Source: a virus
Length of the DNA: 64,000 bases
Direction: 5' to 3' (one strand)
Virus record (IMG/VR): IMGVR_UViG_3300032053_000041
Coordinates: 12,229 to 76,228 of that record
Part shown: positions 17,503 through 27,435 of the stretch, in pieces
Layout of the letters: every line of letters begins with the position of its first letter
How positions within the stretch are numbered: the first letter of the stretch is position 1
The notes under the pieces: generated by a model
Database searches by the model: none
What the model was told of the DNA's origin: nothing
What the model saw: only the letters and a program-made list of their open reading frames with translations
Program-made: the position numbers and the translations under genes

Positions 17503-18560
17503 TGGGAACGCATCGCTTTCAGCTGGACAGCATCAACGCGACCGAGGTCGGCAACCTCTCCGAGCCGGGACTCGTGGCGACATCGCTTGCTGCGCGTCCG
17601 CAGATCGACGTCACGCTCGCGAACGATGCGTTCCTGCCGGATCTGACAGAGGCGATGGCTCAGTTCGGGTACTCGTTCGTCGCGAGCGCTCCGACGACGC
17701 CTCGTGCGACGTCGAACCTGCTCGTGGACATGAGCGACCCAGGCGCGACCACCACGGTCGCTCCGGCTGGCACGATGCGAGCACGATACGACAACACGCA
17801 GAAGGCGCTCGTCATGTCCGTGGACGGCGGAGCGTACTTCCCGCTCGGGGTGAACCCCCCGAACGGGGCGAGCTTCTTCGAGGACTTCCTTTCGTCCAAC
17901 GGCACCGTGTTCGGGAACACGAACTGGATCAGCGTCATCAGCGGTACCGGTTCCGCCGTTACTGTGGGCCCCGGAGTCGCCCCAGCGGTGATCGACGGGG
18001 CCCACCAAGGAATACTACTACTGAACACTGGCACTACCGCCACTGGTCGTGCCGCCGCGAGGCAAGCCGCTGCGGCTGCGCCGTGCTACTCCAACGTCGC
18101 CGCAGCCGGCGGAAACACCCGGATAGAGTTTCTCGTGTCGCGGGTTGATGCACTGTCCGACGGTGTTAATAACTACGCGACCATGTTCGGGTGGTCCGAC
18201 GCTGCCACTACCGGGTTCGGGGCCAACTGTGCGCTGCTGTGCCACGATCCGGCAACCAGTCTGACCAACTGGGTAGTCAAGACTCTCGGTGGTGGATCGC
18301 CTGTCACGGCGGCTACGGCAATCCCCATCTCGGCCGCTGGAGCATGGGACAAGCTCACGATCGACATCTCGGCATCTCTCGGGGTGAGGTACTTTGTGAA
18401 CGGGGTGCTCGCCGCGACGCATGCTCTCACGGCCGCTCCGCCCTCCGCCGCTACTCCGTGGACTCCAATCGCCAAGATCGAGAAGTCATTGGCCCTCCTC
18501 GCCCGCCGCGTGGCCGTTGATTATTCCTCCTGGAGCTTCAGACTTTCAGCTGCGAGGTGA
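17502..18560 (+). CDS. putative fibre/receptor-binding protein, lectin-like C-domain
   Basis: FFEDF...W...VRYFVNGVL...VDY pattern (ConA-like, inferred). Confidence 0.5.
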   Translation: MGTHRFQLDSINATEVGNLSEPGLVATSLAARPQIDVTLANDAFLPDLTEAMAQFGYSFVASAPTTPRATSNLLVDMSDPGATTTVAPAGTMRARYDNTQKALVMSVDGGAYFPLGVNPPNGASFFEDFLSSNGTVFGNTNWISVISGTGSAVTVGPGVAPAVIDGAHQGILLLNTGTTATGRAAARQAAAAAPCYSNVAAAGGNTRIEFLVSRVDALSDGVNNYATMFGWSDAATTGFGANCALLCHDPATSLTNWVVKTLGGGSPVTAATAIPISAAGAWDKLTIDISASLGVRYFVNGVLAATHALTAAPPSAATPWTPIAKIEKSLALLARRVAVDYSSWSFRLSAAR

Positions 18561-18562
18561 AC

Positions 18563-18868
18563 ATGTCGCTGATCTATCTTTCCGCAATCAAGATCCGAGC
18601 CGATGGCTCAACCATCAGGTCCGACAACTGCACGGGTTCACGCACGGGTCTTGGTGAGTACACGATCGACCTCGGTAGTGACATGGGCCCAGAGGAGGCG
18701 CTCTTCGTGGTGCAGCCGATGAACGGCTCCATTCTCGACTATCTGTTCCACCAGACGACGCTGCAACCAGATGGGAGCACCGTCATCGTCAAGTTCTCGG
18801 CCCCGGCCGGCTTCGCGCTCGACAGCGCGTTCGGGCTCATCGCATACAAGTTTCAGGACGATCTGTGA
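18563..18868 (+). CDS. small beta protein (fibre accessory)
   Basis: TGLGEYTI motif, paralogous to next ORF. Confidence 0.55.
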   Translation: MSLIYLSAIKIRADGSTIRSDNCTGSRTGLGEYTIDLGSDMGPEEALFVVQPMNGSILDYLFHQTTLQPDGSTVIVKFSAPAGFALDSAFGLIAYKFQDDL

Positions 18869-19176
18869 TCTCCCTCTGGTGCGCCTGCAAGGCCGATCCT
18901 GCCGGGAACATTCTCGCGAGCGAGAACGTCGTCGGTGTGACCCAATCCGGGACCGGTATCTACCGCGTCCAGATGGTGAACTCCCTCGGTCCGTACGAGT
19001 GCAGCGCGGGGGCCGTGCCCTGGTACGTCGTTCCGTCGGCGGTCCCGATGGTGCGCTTCGTCTGCGGCGTGGACCCCGCTTTCCCCGACATCATCATCGT
19101 GAACGGCTTCGCCGGGATCCCTCCGGTCGCGTCAGACGGCCCGTTCGACCTCATCGTGTGGAGGTTCGCCCCGTGA
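18865..19176 (+). CDS. small beta protein (fibre accessory)
   Basis: SGTGIYRV motif, paralog of previous ORF. Confidence 0.55.
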   Translation: MISLWCACKADPAGNILASENVVGVTQSGTGIYRVQMVNSLGPYECSAGAVPWYVVPSAVPMVRFVCGVDPAFPDIIIVNGFAGIPPVASDGPFDLIVWRFAP

Positions 19177-20780
19177 GCGTGAGGCGAGCGCCTAGACGAC
19201 TTCGTCGGAATGTGCCGGAGGGGATGCACGTCTGGTTCCTGGAGGGGAGGTACGACGATCACGACTTCACGGGGTACATCCTCACGAAAGAGGACTCGCG
19301 CTACTGGGAGGTGACCGACGAAGCGAAGAACTGGAGCGTGGGGAGAACAAACTCGCGGGGCGAGGTGATCTCTCCTCCGCACCACCCGCCAGTCCCTTGG
19401 TACCGAGCCGCGCGAGTGGAGCCGGGGGACGAGAGGTACCCGGCCTACGCGGAGGAACTGATCCCTGGACGAGTCAGGATCGCGACATGGGAATGGAGGA
19501 TCAGGCCGTCAGAAACTCGCCCCGAATACCGATCAGCCACGGAAGGAGGGAGATACAAGAGTCTGCTCGCCGGACAGTTTCTCGGGATCGTCGTGAACCC
19601 GAAGCTGCTGAAGCCAGCGCTGGCCGTAATGCAGCACGACAGCCACGTGCACATCCTCCGCATGGACCGGGCAGGGTTCCCGGACGAAGGTAACGGGAGC
19701 TACCAGCACGGTTGCTATGACGACTTCAGCAGCGCGGGCTACGGCTGGCCTTGCGACGTATCGGGATGCGTGCGGGTACACACCGCTCAGGGCGTGAGGA
19801 CGAAAGGCGCCGCCTACGGCACGGCTCTCTACACGTCGCTGGTGCTCGGGGCACACCTGCAGATCATGCCAGGGGAGTACGAATCGGACTGCGTCTCATC
19901 CGGCGACATCGACGGTGTCGGCCGCTCGACAGAGGCTCAGAAGTGGTGGCGAGACAACTCGCCCCCGTTCCGCAACTACGCCGAAGCGCACAAGCACGAG
20001 GGAGACACCGACGGCGGCGGCGACGACGGCGACGAAGAATGGGAACAGGTCGCGGAAAACGAAGTGGATCTAGTGGGCCAACTCGGGCAGCACGTGGTCG
20101 GTAGGATCGTCGAACCGGAGGAGGACGCGGACCTGGATGATCTGGATCTCACCGAAGAACTGAAGCGGTTCGTTCTAGGTAAACACGTTGGCGATTGGGA
20201 CGACGAGGTGACATATGTAAACACCATCCGTGTCGACGTGGCTGTCAAGGAAGACCCCCACGGCGATCGGCACTTCAAGGTCGTGAAGGCGCGAGAGATC
20301 AACGTCGACTTGCGCGGCTCGCGCCCGCCCGAGAGCGAGCACGGCTCTTACGGGGCCACGGGCAAGTACAACATCCTGCGGTACAGCGCCGCGCTGCGCT
20401 CCGGTCTGATCATCGCCGCGGCGGCGCCGGACACAGAACTTTGCGAGGTCGCCCCCGCCGATCTATGGAAGGAGATCCTGGAGGACCGCATCCAGATCGA
20501 CGAGGCGTACCTGGAGCCGATCCTCGGGCTCGACGTGCGTGATCTTCCTGTCGAGTCGATCCACCTGCTCGGCGTCATCGCGCAGGAGGCGGGGGCCACC
20601 AACGAGCAGCTGGCTCAGCTACGTCTCCGATGGGAACTCGGGCTCGATCCGAACGTAGCGGTACGGCAGCTGCAGCTGCTCCCGAATCAGTCCCGATCCA
20701 AGGCTACGGCCGCGCTCGCGGAAGCGGCGGAAGCTCGGGAGAAGTTCGGCTGGGCCCGCTGGGAGAACGACGATGGCTAG
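19173..20780 (+). CDS. GNAT-like domain protein (paralog 1)
   Basis: VRVHTAxGV..KG..YGTALY...S.EAQKWW. Confidence 0.5.
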   Translation: MSVRRAPRRLRRNVPEGMHVWFLEGRYDDHDFTGYILTKEDSRYWEVTDEAKNWSVGRTNSRGEVISPPHHPPVPWYRAARVEPGDERYPAYAEELIPGRVRIATWEWRIRPSETRPEYRSATEGGRYKSLLAGQFLGIVVNPKLLKPALAVMQHDSHVHILRMDRAGFPDEGNGSYQHGCYDDFSSAGYGWPCDVSGCVRVHTAQGVRTKGAAYGTALYTSLVLGAHLQIMPGEYESDCVSSGDIDGVGRSTEAQKWWRDNSPPFRNYAEAHKHEGDTDGGGDDGDEEWEQVAENEVDLVGQLGQHVVGRIVEPEEDADLDDLDLTEELKRFVLGKHVGDWDDEVTYVNTIRVDVAVKEDPHGDRHFKVVKAREINVDLRGSRPPESEHGSYGATGKYNILRYSAALRSGLIIAAAAPDTELCEVAPADLWKEILEDRIQIDEAYLEPILGLDVRDLPVESIHLLGVIAQEAGATNEQLAQLRLRWELGLDPNVAVRQLQLLPNQSRSKATAALAEAAEAREKFGWARWENDDG

Positions 20781-22131
20781 CAGGAAGCGCGCAGGCGGGT
20801 GGTTCTGGTACCTGATGGGACACGACCCGGATCATCACCCCATCGCTGGCATAGCTAAGACCGCCGCGCGTGCTACGCGCATGTCCTTGCTGGACAGAAT
20901 CAACAAGGAGTTCAAGAGCCGCAAGCCCCCGATCGTCTGGACCGATGCGATCCTGCTCGAACACATCCCTGCGAAAGACGCGGCAACCGCAGAGGGCCTG
21001 AACGTCGGTGACGTCGCGATCACGAAGTACGAGTGGCGGCTCACCGCGCCATCGGCGGTGCGCAGAGGGGAGTCGTTCGGTGCTGGTGTCCCCACTGGTG
21101 TGCCAAAGTTTTTCGGGGAAGCGATCGGTGCGTCGCTCGGGATCGTCGTGAACCCGAAGCTGATGAAGCCAGCCATCGTGGTGAACTACACAATGCCGCG
21201 CGTGGCGGTCTACCGGATGGACAGGGCGGACTATCCGTACGAAGGAGAAGGCTGGTACGAGAACGGTTGCTTCAACGACCTTGCCGGAGAGCGCGGCGAC
21301 GGCGGCTACTACGAGGAAGAGTACGGGGGAGGCTACTACGAGCAGCGAGACGGAGAGGAAGAAGAGAGCGAGTACGAGGGGAACAGGCAGGGAGCAACTC
21401 CGGGGCACATGTGGACGTGTCACGAGAGCCACTGCGTGCGCGTGCACACCGCCGCGGGTGTGACGAAGGATGAAAAGAGCAAGGGATGGGGCGTGGCCCT
21501 GTACACGGGACTGCTGCTCGGCGCTCACTTCAACTCGGTGCTGGAGATCGAGGACGACATCGCGAATTGCATCTCCTCCGGGGAAGTCGTCGGGATGAGG
21601 CGCCCGGACGCTGGCAGATCCGACGACGCGGCTGCCTGGTGGGACAGGCAGAACCGTCGGGGGCTGACTGAGAGGAGCGTGAAAACGAGGCGCATCTCCA
21701 GCAGGAAAGAAGTGAAGATCATCGTCGACACATACAGCTACGACTCCGCGATCGACAACGGCATGGTGATCGCGACTCTGGGCGGCGCAGTCGAGAGGCT
21801 CGATCCGGAGTACCTGTGGCAGCGAGCCAGGGACGGCGAGTTAGAAACCGACGACATCTCCCTCGGCGCGATCCTCGGGCTCGACGTACGTGATCTTCCC
21901 CTCGACACGATGAATCTCCTCGGGATACTGGCCGAGAAGGGGGGAGCGACGGCGGAGCAGCTTGACCATCTGCGCCTCCGCTGGGAACTGGGCCTCGATC
22001 CGAACGCCGCCGTCCGACAGCTGCGCCTTCTGCCGAATCCTGCGCGCCGAGACGCGGAGGTAGCCGTCGCCGAGGCACAGGAAGCGCGAGATAGATTCGG
22101 TTGGTCGCGGTGGGCGGACGACGTAGACTAG
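20773..22131 (+). CDS. GNAT-like domain protein (paralog 2)
   Basis: VRVHTAAGV..KGWGVALY...SDDAAAWW; C-domain shared with 19173. Confidence 0.5.
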   Translation: MASRKRAGGWFWYLMGHDPDHHPIAGIAKTAARATRMSLLDRINKEFKSRKPPIVWTDAILLEHIPAKDAATAEGLNVGDVAITKYEWRLTAPSAVRRGESFGAGVPTGVPKFFGEAIGASLGIVVNPKLMKPAIVVNYTMPRVAVYRMDRADYPYEGEGWYENGCFNDLAGERGDGGYYEEEYGGGYYEQRDGEEEESEYEGNRQGATPGHMWTCHESHCVRVHTAAGVTKDEKSKGWGVALYTGLLLGAHFNSVLEIEDDIANCISSGEVVGMRRPDAGRSDDAAAWWDRQNRRGLTERSVKTRRISSRKEVKIIVDTYSYDSAIDNGMVIATLGGAVERLDPEYLWQRARDGELETDDISLGAILGLDVRDLPLDTMNLLGILAEKGGATAEQLDHLRLRWELGLDPNAAVRQLRLLPNPARRDAEVAVAEAQEARDRFGWSRWADDVD

Positions 22132-22174
22132 CTCGGCTAACCGGGGTATTCTCCGCGCGGTAAGGAGCACCATC

Positions 22175-22669
22175 ATGTCGATCAGCACATTCGTTCTCTC
22201 TCCGCCGGGCTTCACACAGAACACGATCACTCGCTTCGTGCAGTCGTCCGAGCCGGGGGACATCGAAGCCGGTATCGCTGCGGCGGTGGCCGAGATCGTG
22301 GCGCTGAACGTGACGATCACGCCCCCGGATGAGAAGTACGGCATCGCCGCGGTGGATCTCGCCGGTGGCGGCGACGGCCACACGTTCGTGGCGCAGATCA
22401 CGTTCACGACGAACCAGGCGAACTTCCTCTACGGCGTGGTGCTCGGAGCCTCGATACCGTCGTTCATTCTCTCGACGGTGCATGCCGGCGCGTACCTGGC
22501 GTCGGACAAGGACGCGCTCGCTATCGCACAGCAGGCCACATACGACCGGATGCGGGCTTTCGATCCGGGTCCGGGCAAGCAGTACACCGTCATCGCGAAC
22601 TCGTTCGCTGGCGCAGCGAAGGGCACCCGCTTCATGGGGCTCGTGGTCGGCTTCGAGGGGACTCCCTGA
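22175..22669 (+). CDS. GGGDGHTF/KGTRF family protein
   Basis: shared motifs with 3 other ORFs. Confidence 0.65.
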   Translation: MSISTFVLSPPGFTQNTITRFVQSSEPGDIEAGIAAAVAEIVALNVTITPPDEKYGIAAVDLAGGGDGHTFVAQITFTTNQANFLYGVVLGASIPSFILSTVHAGAYLASDKDALAIAQQATYDRMRAFDPGPGKQYTVIANSFAGAAKGTRFMGLVVGFEGTP

Positions 22670-22671
22670 TC

Positions 22672-23121
22672 ATGGCGACGACGAGGGGGAACGCCCAAGA
22701 TGCGAGGTACTACGTGTGGGAGATGTCTGTTCGCGACCGGAAGCAGCCGCTCCGTCAGGTGAACAAGTCGCCGCTCTTGCTGGAGAAGGCGAAGCAGCTG
22801 GCTCGCATCGGCGCGCAGAAGGGAAAGCACGATCGCGCGGTGACGACGAGCCCGACGTCGCCGAAGGGCTTCCGGATCGTGGCGCAGTACGCGGCCGGGG
22901 CCGGCAAGGACGTCGCCATCATGTACCGACGCGGCTCGGGCGGCGGCACGCGGCGCAAGAAGGTCGCTCGGGAGAACGCTTCCTCGGAGGACAGCGCGCC
23001 GGATCCGGTGAGAGGCGTCACACTGACCGAGGAGGAGTTCGTCGTTCAGGAAGCCGTACCCAGCGAACCCGAGGAGCCGGAAACCGAATCGCACCGACAT
23101 GTGTCGGCTGACGAGGTGTAG
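22672..23121 (+). CDS. hypothetical basic/acidic protein
   Basis: 149-aa ORF within the operon. Confidence 0.5.
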   Translation: MATTRGNAQDARYYVWEMSVRDRKQPLRQVNKSPLLLEKAKQLARIGAQKGKHDRAVTTSPTSPKGFRIVAQYAAGAGKDVAIMYRRGSGGGTRRKKVARENASSEDSAPDPVRGVTLTEEEFVVQEAVPSEPEEPETESHRHVSADEV

Positions 23122-23124
23122 CTC

Positions 23125-23634
23125 GTGACGAAGGGCCTCACGCCCTGGATGGAGCAGAAGGTCGCCGACCTTCTCGCGTACGGCAGAAGCATCGGCATCG
23201 AGGCTCGCGTCTCCGAGGGCTTCAGGACGTGCGCCAGGCAGAACGCCATCTACGCGGGCGGGAGCAGCACCGCGACGGGCGTGAGTGGATGCCATTCCTG
23301 GCACGTCTGGGGCCGCGCCGCGGACCTGCTCATCGACGGCGGTACCCGCGCCGACTACGCAGCCCTGGCGGCCGAATGGAAGCGCTGGGGCGGGATTTGG
23401 GGCGGGGACTGGACCTCCCCCGCGGACGACTGGGGTCACTTCGAGTGGCACCCGGACATCCCGGACATCCACGACCTGTGCCCCCGCGGCGCGGGCGCGG
23501 AGGCATGTCCTGACCCGAACGAGCCCTGGCCCGAAGACCGGCCTCTGTGGGCGCGTCCGGGGGTCAGGCTCCTCGGAGGAGCCCTCCTGGCGGCCGGCGG
23601 CATGTACCTGGCATATTCCCTCGTGAGACGGTAG
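23125..23634 (+). CDS. M15-family peptidoglycan peptidase with C-terminal TM
   Basis: EGFRT..RQ, SWH..GRAAD, WGGDW, DWGHFE. Confidence 0.85.
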   Translation: MTKGLTPWMEQKVADLLAYGRSIGIEARVSEGFRTCARQNAIYAGGSSTATGVSGCHSWHVWGRAADLLIDGGTRADYAALAAEWKRWGGIWGGDWTSPADDWGHFEWHPDIPDIHDLCPRGAGAEACPDPNEPWPEDRPLWARPGVRLLGGALLAAGGMYLAYSLVRR

Positions 23635-23721
23635 GCTCCTGGGGTTCCCGCCGCGCCTCTGCCGGTGGGGAGTCTCGTCACATGCCCGCGCCTCGGCCGG
23701 GAGGAAAAGGAAGCCACAGCC

Positions 23722-24165
23722 ATGTTCATCCCGTCAACCACGCTCGTAGACACTGAAACGAACCGTTACGACTACCTCCAGGCCACCGAGGCGTCCGTCA
23801 TGGAGGACTTGTTCACAAAGTACATCGCAGCGCTGGACGCTGCGAACAATGTACCGAGCAATCCGCAGCTGGGCATCCTCGACGTCGACATCGCGGGCGG
23901 CGGCGACGGCCACACGTTCGTGCTTCGCATTCTGGTGTCGGAGGCCGTGAGCATGGCTGGCTGGTCGGTCGCCCAACTGCCGAATGTGAACGGCAGATTC
24001 TGGATGGGCTCCGATGCGGAAGCGTTGGAGGCGTACCAGGAGGCGGCGATTGCCTCGCTGCTCGCGATCACCGGAGTGGCAACCAATGTCGCTGTCGGCA
24101 CCGCTGGCGCAGCGAAGGGCACGCGCTTCATGGCGTTCATCGCCGCTGTCTCGCCCCCCCAGTGA
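23722..24165 (+). CDS. GGGDGHTF/KGTRF family protein
   Basis: shared motifs. Confidence 0.65.
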   Translation: MFIPSTTLVDTETNRYDYLQATEASVMEDLFTKYIAALDAANNVPSNPQLGILDVDIAGGGDGHTFVLRILVSEAVSMAGWSVAQLPNVNGRFWMGSDAEALEAYQEAAIASLLAITGVATNVAVGTAGAAKGTRFMAFIAAVSPPQ

Positions 24166-24195
24166 TCTGAACAGAAAGAAAAAGGAAACAAGAAC

Positions 24196-25083
24196 ATGAA
24201 CTACGGAATCATCACGAACCCAAGCGCCGCTCAGGTCCAAGCCGTTCAGAGCGCCGATCCGACGGATCTGCAGAATCTCGTCAACGCCGCCCTCTTGGCG
24301 GTCGTCTTCCCGTCCGCCATCACAAACATCACGCTTGCCGGTGGCGGCGACGGACACACGTTCGTCGTTCTCATCGAGTCAGCGCCGCTTGGTGCCGCTC
24401 AAGGAGGGCTACCTGGCAGTGTTTTTGGCTTTGCTGGAGCCCAAGTGCGCTGCTACCTGGCTGGCACAGGCGAGGATCTGGAGGTGGCTAAAGCTGCGTC
24501 CGGCTTGCCTGCTCCCATTCCGGCATTTCCGCCGAATGGACCGATCCCCTACGTGCTGTCCGACGAGCAGGTCGCCGGGAGCAGCAAGGGCACTCGCTTC
24601 ATGGGCATGACGGTGTTCGCCGCGTCGAGCCTGCCTATTCCTTTGGGTGCGCCGATCGCGCAGGCGACACTGACCAACGGCGCGCTCGTCGCTGGCGATA
24701 ACTTTCTCAATCTCGCCTTCGTGCCGACTCCGCCAAGCAACGGTTTCTTCATCCCCCTGCCTGGAGTTTTGCAGTACGTTGGAGGCGTCGCCATCGAAGC
24801 CCTCGCAGATGTGAGCGTCGTCGTTACGGGCACCGGCGTACTCCCGGCACTGGTGAGCGTCCAACTCGTGCAGGATCCGCTCACTACCGCCGTCGTGCTG
24901 GCGACCGAAACGGTCCAGCTATTCTCTGCAGCTGACAACGAGGAAGCCGTTTCGTTCCCGTCGCTCGCTTTTCTGCAGCCCGCCGGCATATCGCCTGCCT
25001 CCTCGACACTCGGTGTCCGAATCCAGGCACCGGCGGGCTTCGCGGGCACCGCGAGCGGCTACCTGCGCGTCGCGGCTCGGTAG
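24196..25083 (+). CDS. GGGDGHTF/KGTRF family protein with extra beta C-domain
   Basis: shared motifs. Confidence 0.65.
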   Translation: MNYGIITNPSAAQVQAVQSADPTDLQNLVNAALLAVVFPSAITNITLAGGGDGHTFVVLIESAPLGAAQGGLPGSVFGFAGAQVRCYLAGTGEDLEVAKAASGLPAPIPAFPPNGPIPYVLSDEQVAGSSKGTRFMGMTVFAASSLPIPLGAPIAQATLTNGALVAGDNFLNLAFVPTPPSNGFFIPLPGVLQYVGGVAIEALADVSVVVTGTGVLPALVSVQLVQDPLTTAVVLATETVQLFSAADNEEAVSFPSLAFLQPAGISPASSTLGVRIQAPAGFAGTASGYLRVAAR

Positions 25084-25164
25084 TAAAAAGCGTCGCCCGC
25101 TCATCTCTGACCCAACCGAGAGGGGGATCCGGTCGGGCCAGGGAGCGGGCGACGCCTCAGTGTA

Positions 25165-25494
25165 CTACGGAAGCCGGAGCGACAGCCACACGTCGCGATT
25201 GACGAGCCCAGCAAGGTCAAGAGCGAGGACCCCGTCCTTCTTCGCTGACGTGACCGGCACCAGCACCTGCTGCCCGTAGAAGTCCTTCAGCACGATCACT
25301 TCGGCCTCCGGGTGTACGCCCACGACGCGGCATCGGAGCCCCACCACTTCACGGGAGACACGGGCGTGCCTGACTCGCGAGACGTGAGGTCGAATCACCG
25401 AGACCGTCACCACCTCGCGCCCCCGGCGAACGGGGACCTTTCGCTTCTTGGCGGCGGGACGCTTCTGGGGCTTCCGGGGGCGGGCTGTCGTCAC
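25165..25494 (-). CDS. hypothetical basic protein
   Basis: coupled to upstream ORF. Confidence 0.5.
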   Translation of the reverse strand: MTTARPRKPQKRPAAKKRKVPVRRGREVVTVSVIRPHVSRVRHARVSREVVGLRCRVVGVHPEAEVIVLKDFYGQQVLVPVTSAKKDGVLALDLAGLVNRDVWLSLRLP

Positions 25495-25649
25495 GGTCGC
25501 TTCTCCTTGGCCTGCTCGATCAGGGAGATCACCGTACCCTGCATGCCACCCGTCGCGCCACTCGCGATCCTGACTGCTGCCATGCGCCGGAGCTTCTCGT
25601 AGAGGTCTGGGGGCAGCCGGAGGAAGACGCCTCTGCGTCCACGGGACAT
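25491..25649 (-). CDS. possible ribbon-helix-helix regulator
   Basis: VFLRLPPDLYEKLRRMA. Confidence 0.45.
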   Translation of the reverse strand: MSRGRRGVFLRLPPDLYEKLRRMAAVRIASGATGGMQGTVISLIEQAKEKRP

Positions 25650-25727
25650 ACCCTTGACGGGCGACTTCTTCTTGGCTGCTGATGGCACGTGCCGGAGGCT
25701 AGCAGAGCTAGCCGAGCTAGCCAAGGG

Positions 25728-25994
25728 TCAAGGCTTCTTCGGGTCGACCGCCCTCATGGCCATCTGCGAGATCCCCTTGACATGCTCCACAGGGGTTTTA
25801 TCCGGGTCGTGGGAGAGCTTTGCTGTGAGGCGCATGCGGGCGATGCGTAGGTCAAGCTGTACCTGGGGGAGTGTCTCGACCTCCTCACGAAGTTCTTCGA
25901 GCGTTGTCAGGATCCCGTCGCGATCGATCTTACCGAGGAGCGTCTCTGCCCTCTGCAGAGCGTCGATAGCCTCCTTGATGTCAGCGTCCGTCAT
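25728..25994 (-). CDS. hypothetical protein
   Basis: 88-aa helical ORF. Confidence 0.5.
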   Translation of the reverse strand: MTDADIKEAIDALQRAETLLGKIDRDGILTTLEELREEVETLPQVQLDLRIARMRLTAKLSHDPDKTPVEHVKGISQMAMRAVDPKKP

Positions 25995-26004
25995 GTTCCC
26001 GACA

Positions 26005-26574
26005 TCAGGTCAGCCACCGCCAGATGGCCCCTGCCCACCCGGCGTAGCCGGCGGCGTTCGGGTGGAGGTGATCGGGCGAGCGGGGGATGTCCAGCTGCTC
26101 GCTCTCGAAGTAGTACGGCACAGACTCACGAATCATGTCCGACACGCCCTGGCGCGGGAACGGAAGCTCGGGCGGTCCGATCCAGACGATCTCAGCACCG
26201 GTCGCGATGAGCTTGTCGAGAAGCGCATGGAAGGCGTCCTCCTCACGGTCCACAGCGCCGGGGGATGTGGCCTCGTCGTTCGTCCCGAGGCTCACCAGGA
26301 TGAGCGTTGGCTGGAAGGACGCGAGCGTCGCGTCGAGCCACGGGTCTGTGTCCCACTGGTTGATCCGGGTGCCGACGATCCCCTTGCCGGTATATGCCTC
26401 CACGCCGGCCTCGTTGGCGAGTTGCTTTAGCTGCGGGTTCAGGCCGACCGCGAGGGAGTCCCCGAACAGAAGTACGCGAGACTTCTCGTTGATCTTCGGC
26501 CGACGGGAGGCGACCGCCACGAGTCCGATCCCGCCCGCGATCAGGATGCCCCCGAGGAGCCACCGCTTGTCCAT
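26005..26574 (-). CDS. SGNH/GDSL hydrolase with N-terminal TM
   Basis: FGDSL, LGTND, DHLHP. Confidence 0.85.
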   Translation of the reverse strand: MDKRWLLGGILIAGGIGLVAVASRRPKINEKSRVLLFGDSLAVGLNPQLKQLANEAGVEAYTGKGIVGTRINQWDTDPWLDATLASFQPTLILVSLGTNDEATSPGAVDREEDAFHALLDKLIATGAEIVWIGPPELPFPRQGVSDMIRESVPYYFESEQLDIPRSPDHLHPNAAGYAGWAGAIWRWLT

Positions 26575-26622
26575 CGGACCGGGATGGTAGCACGGCAGCA
26601 CATGCCGTAGAATCCCGCCAGG

Positions 26623-27435
26623 ATGCGCCCCCTCATCGAACTGGTCTACGAGAGCGCCCACGGCCAGCCAGTATCTCACTGCTACGGCAGCGACTGCGGG
26701 ATCGTGGAGCCGGCCTGTTCTGGCAACACGTGCGTCTACGAGGACCCGGACTGGGGGCGCTTCGAGGTCCCGCTTTCCGGCCTCGGTGCCTACGCGAACC
26801 CCTGCGGCGGCCTGCGTTGGGACACGCAGGACGACGGTCTCATCGCCGTGGAGGGTCAGGGTACGCCCGCGTTCGAGCCTGGAACGCTCCGGTTCAAGCA
26901 GATGGAGCAGACCTGGGCGAACTGGGGCAACCTGATCCTAGACGCAGCCGGTGAGCACGGCGTCCCGCCGCAGTGGGTCCTCGCCGTCATGTGCCAGGAG
27001 ACCGGGCTCTGGTCCGGTAACGCGACCGAGCAGGCGAGCAAGGTCTCGTACGACGGCGGCGTCGGGCTCATGCAGATCACGGACAAGAGCCTCGGGAACC
27101 CGCAGGACATGCTGGACCCGGCGACGAACGTCTCCGTCGGAGCCCGGCTCCTGGGCAAGCTCTCGCGCGCACGCAACGGGCAGCTGCCCGAGGTCGCAGC
27201 GAACTACAACGCCGGTGGCGTGCGGTGCGGCGCGTCGGGCAACCCGTGGGGCATGGTGATGACCGGGGACTACGTCGGGAACGTGATCCGGTGGAACAAC
27301 TCCGCCGTCATGTACCTAGACATGAGCCCGCGCCGTGGGAAAATGCTAGCCGGGCTAGCCATCGGCGCTGTCGGGCTGTACGCTGCCGCGGTGATCGCAG
27401 GACTCGCGATGATGCCGAGGTGGTTGCGGCGATGA
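26623..27435 (+). CDS. lytic transglycosylase (SLT) with C-terminal TM
   Basis: QET, GLMQI, YNAG. Confidence 0.85.
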   Translation: MRPLIELVYESAHGQPVSHCYGSDCGIVEPACSGNTCVYEDPDWGRFEVPLSGLGAYANPCGGLRWDTQDDGLIAVEGQGTPAFEPGTLRFKQMEQTWANWGNLILDAAGEHGVPPQWVLAVMCQETGLWSGNATEQASKVSYDGGVGLMQITDKSLGNPQDMLDPATNVSVGARLLGKLSRARNGQLPEVAANYNAGGVRCGASGNPWGMVMTGDYVGNVIRWNNSAVMYLDMSPRRGKMLAGLAIGAVGLYAAAVIAGLAMMPRWLRR

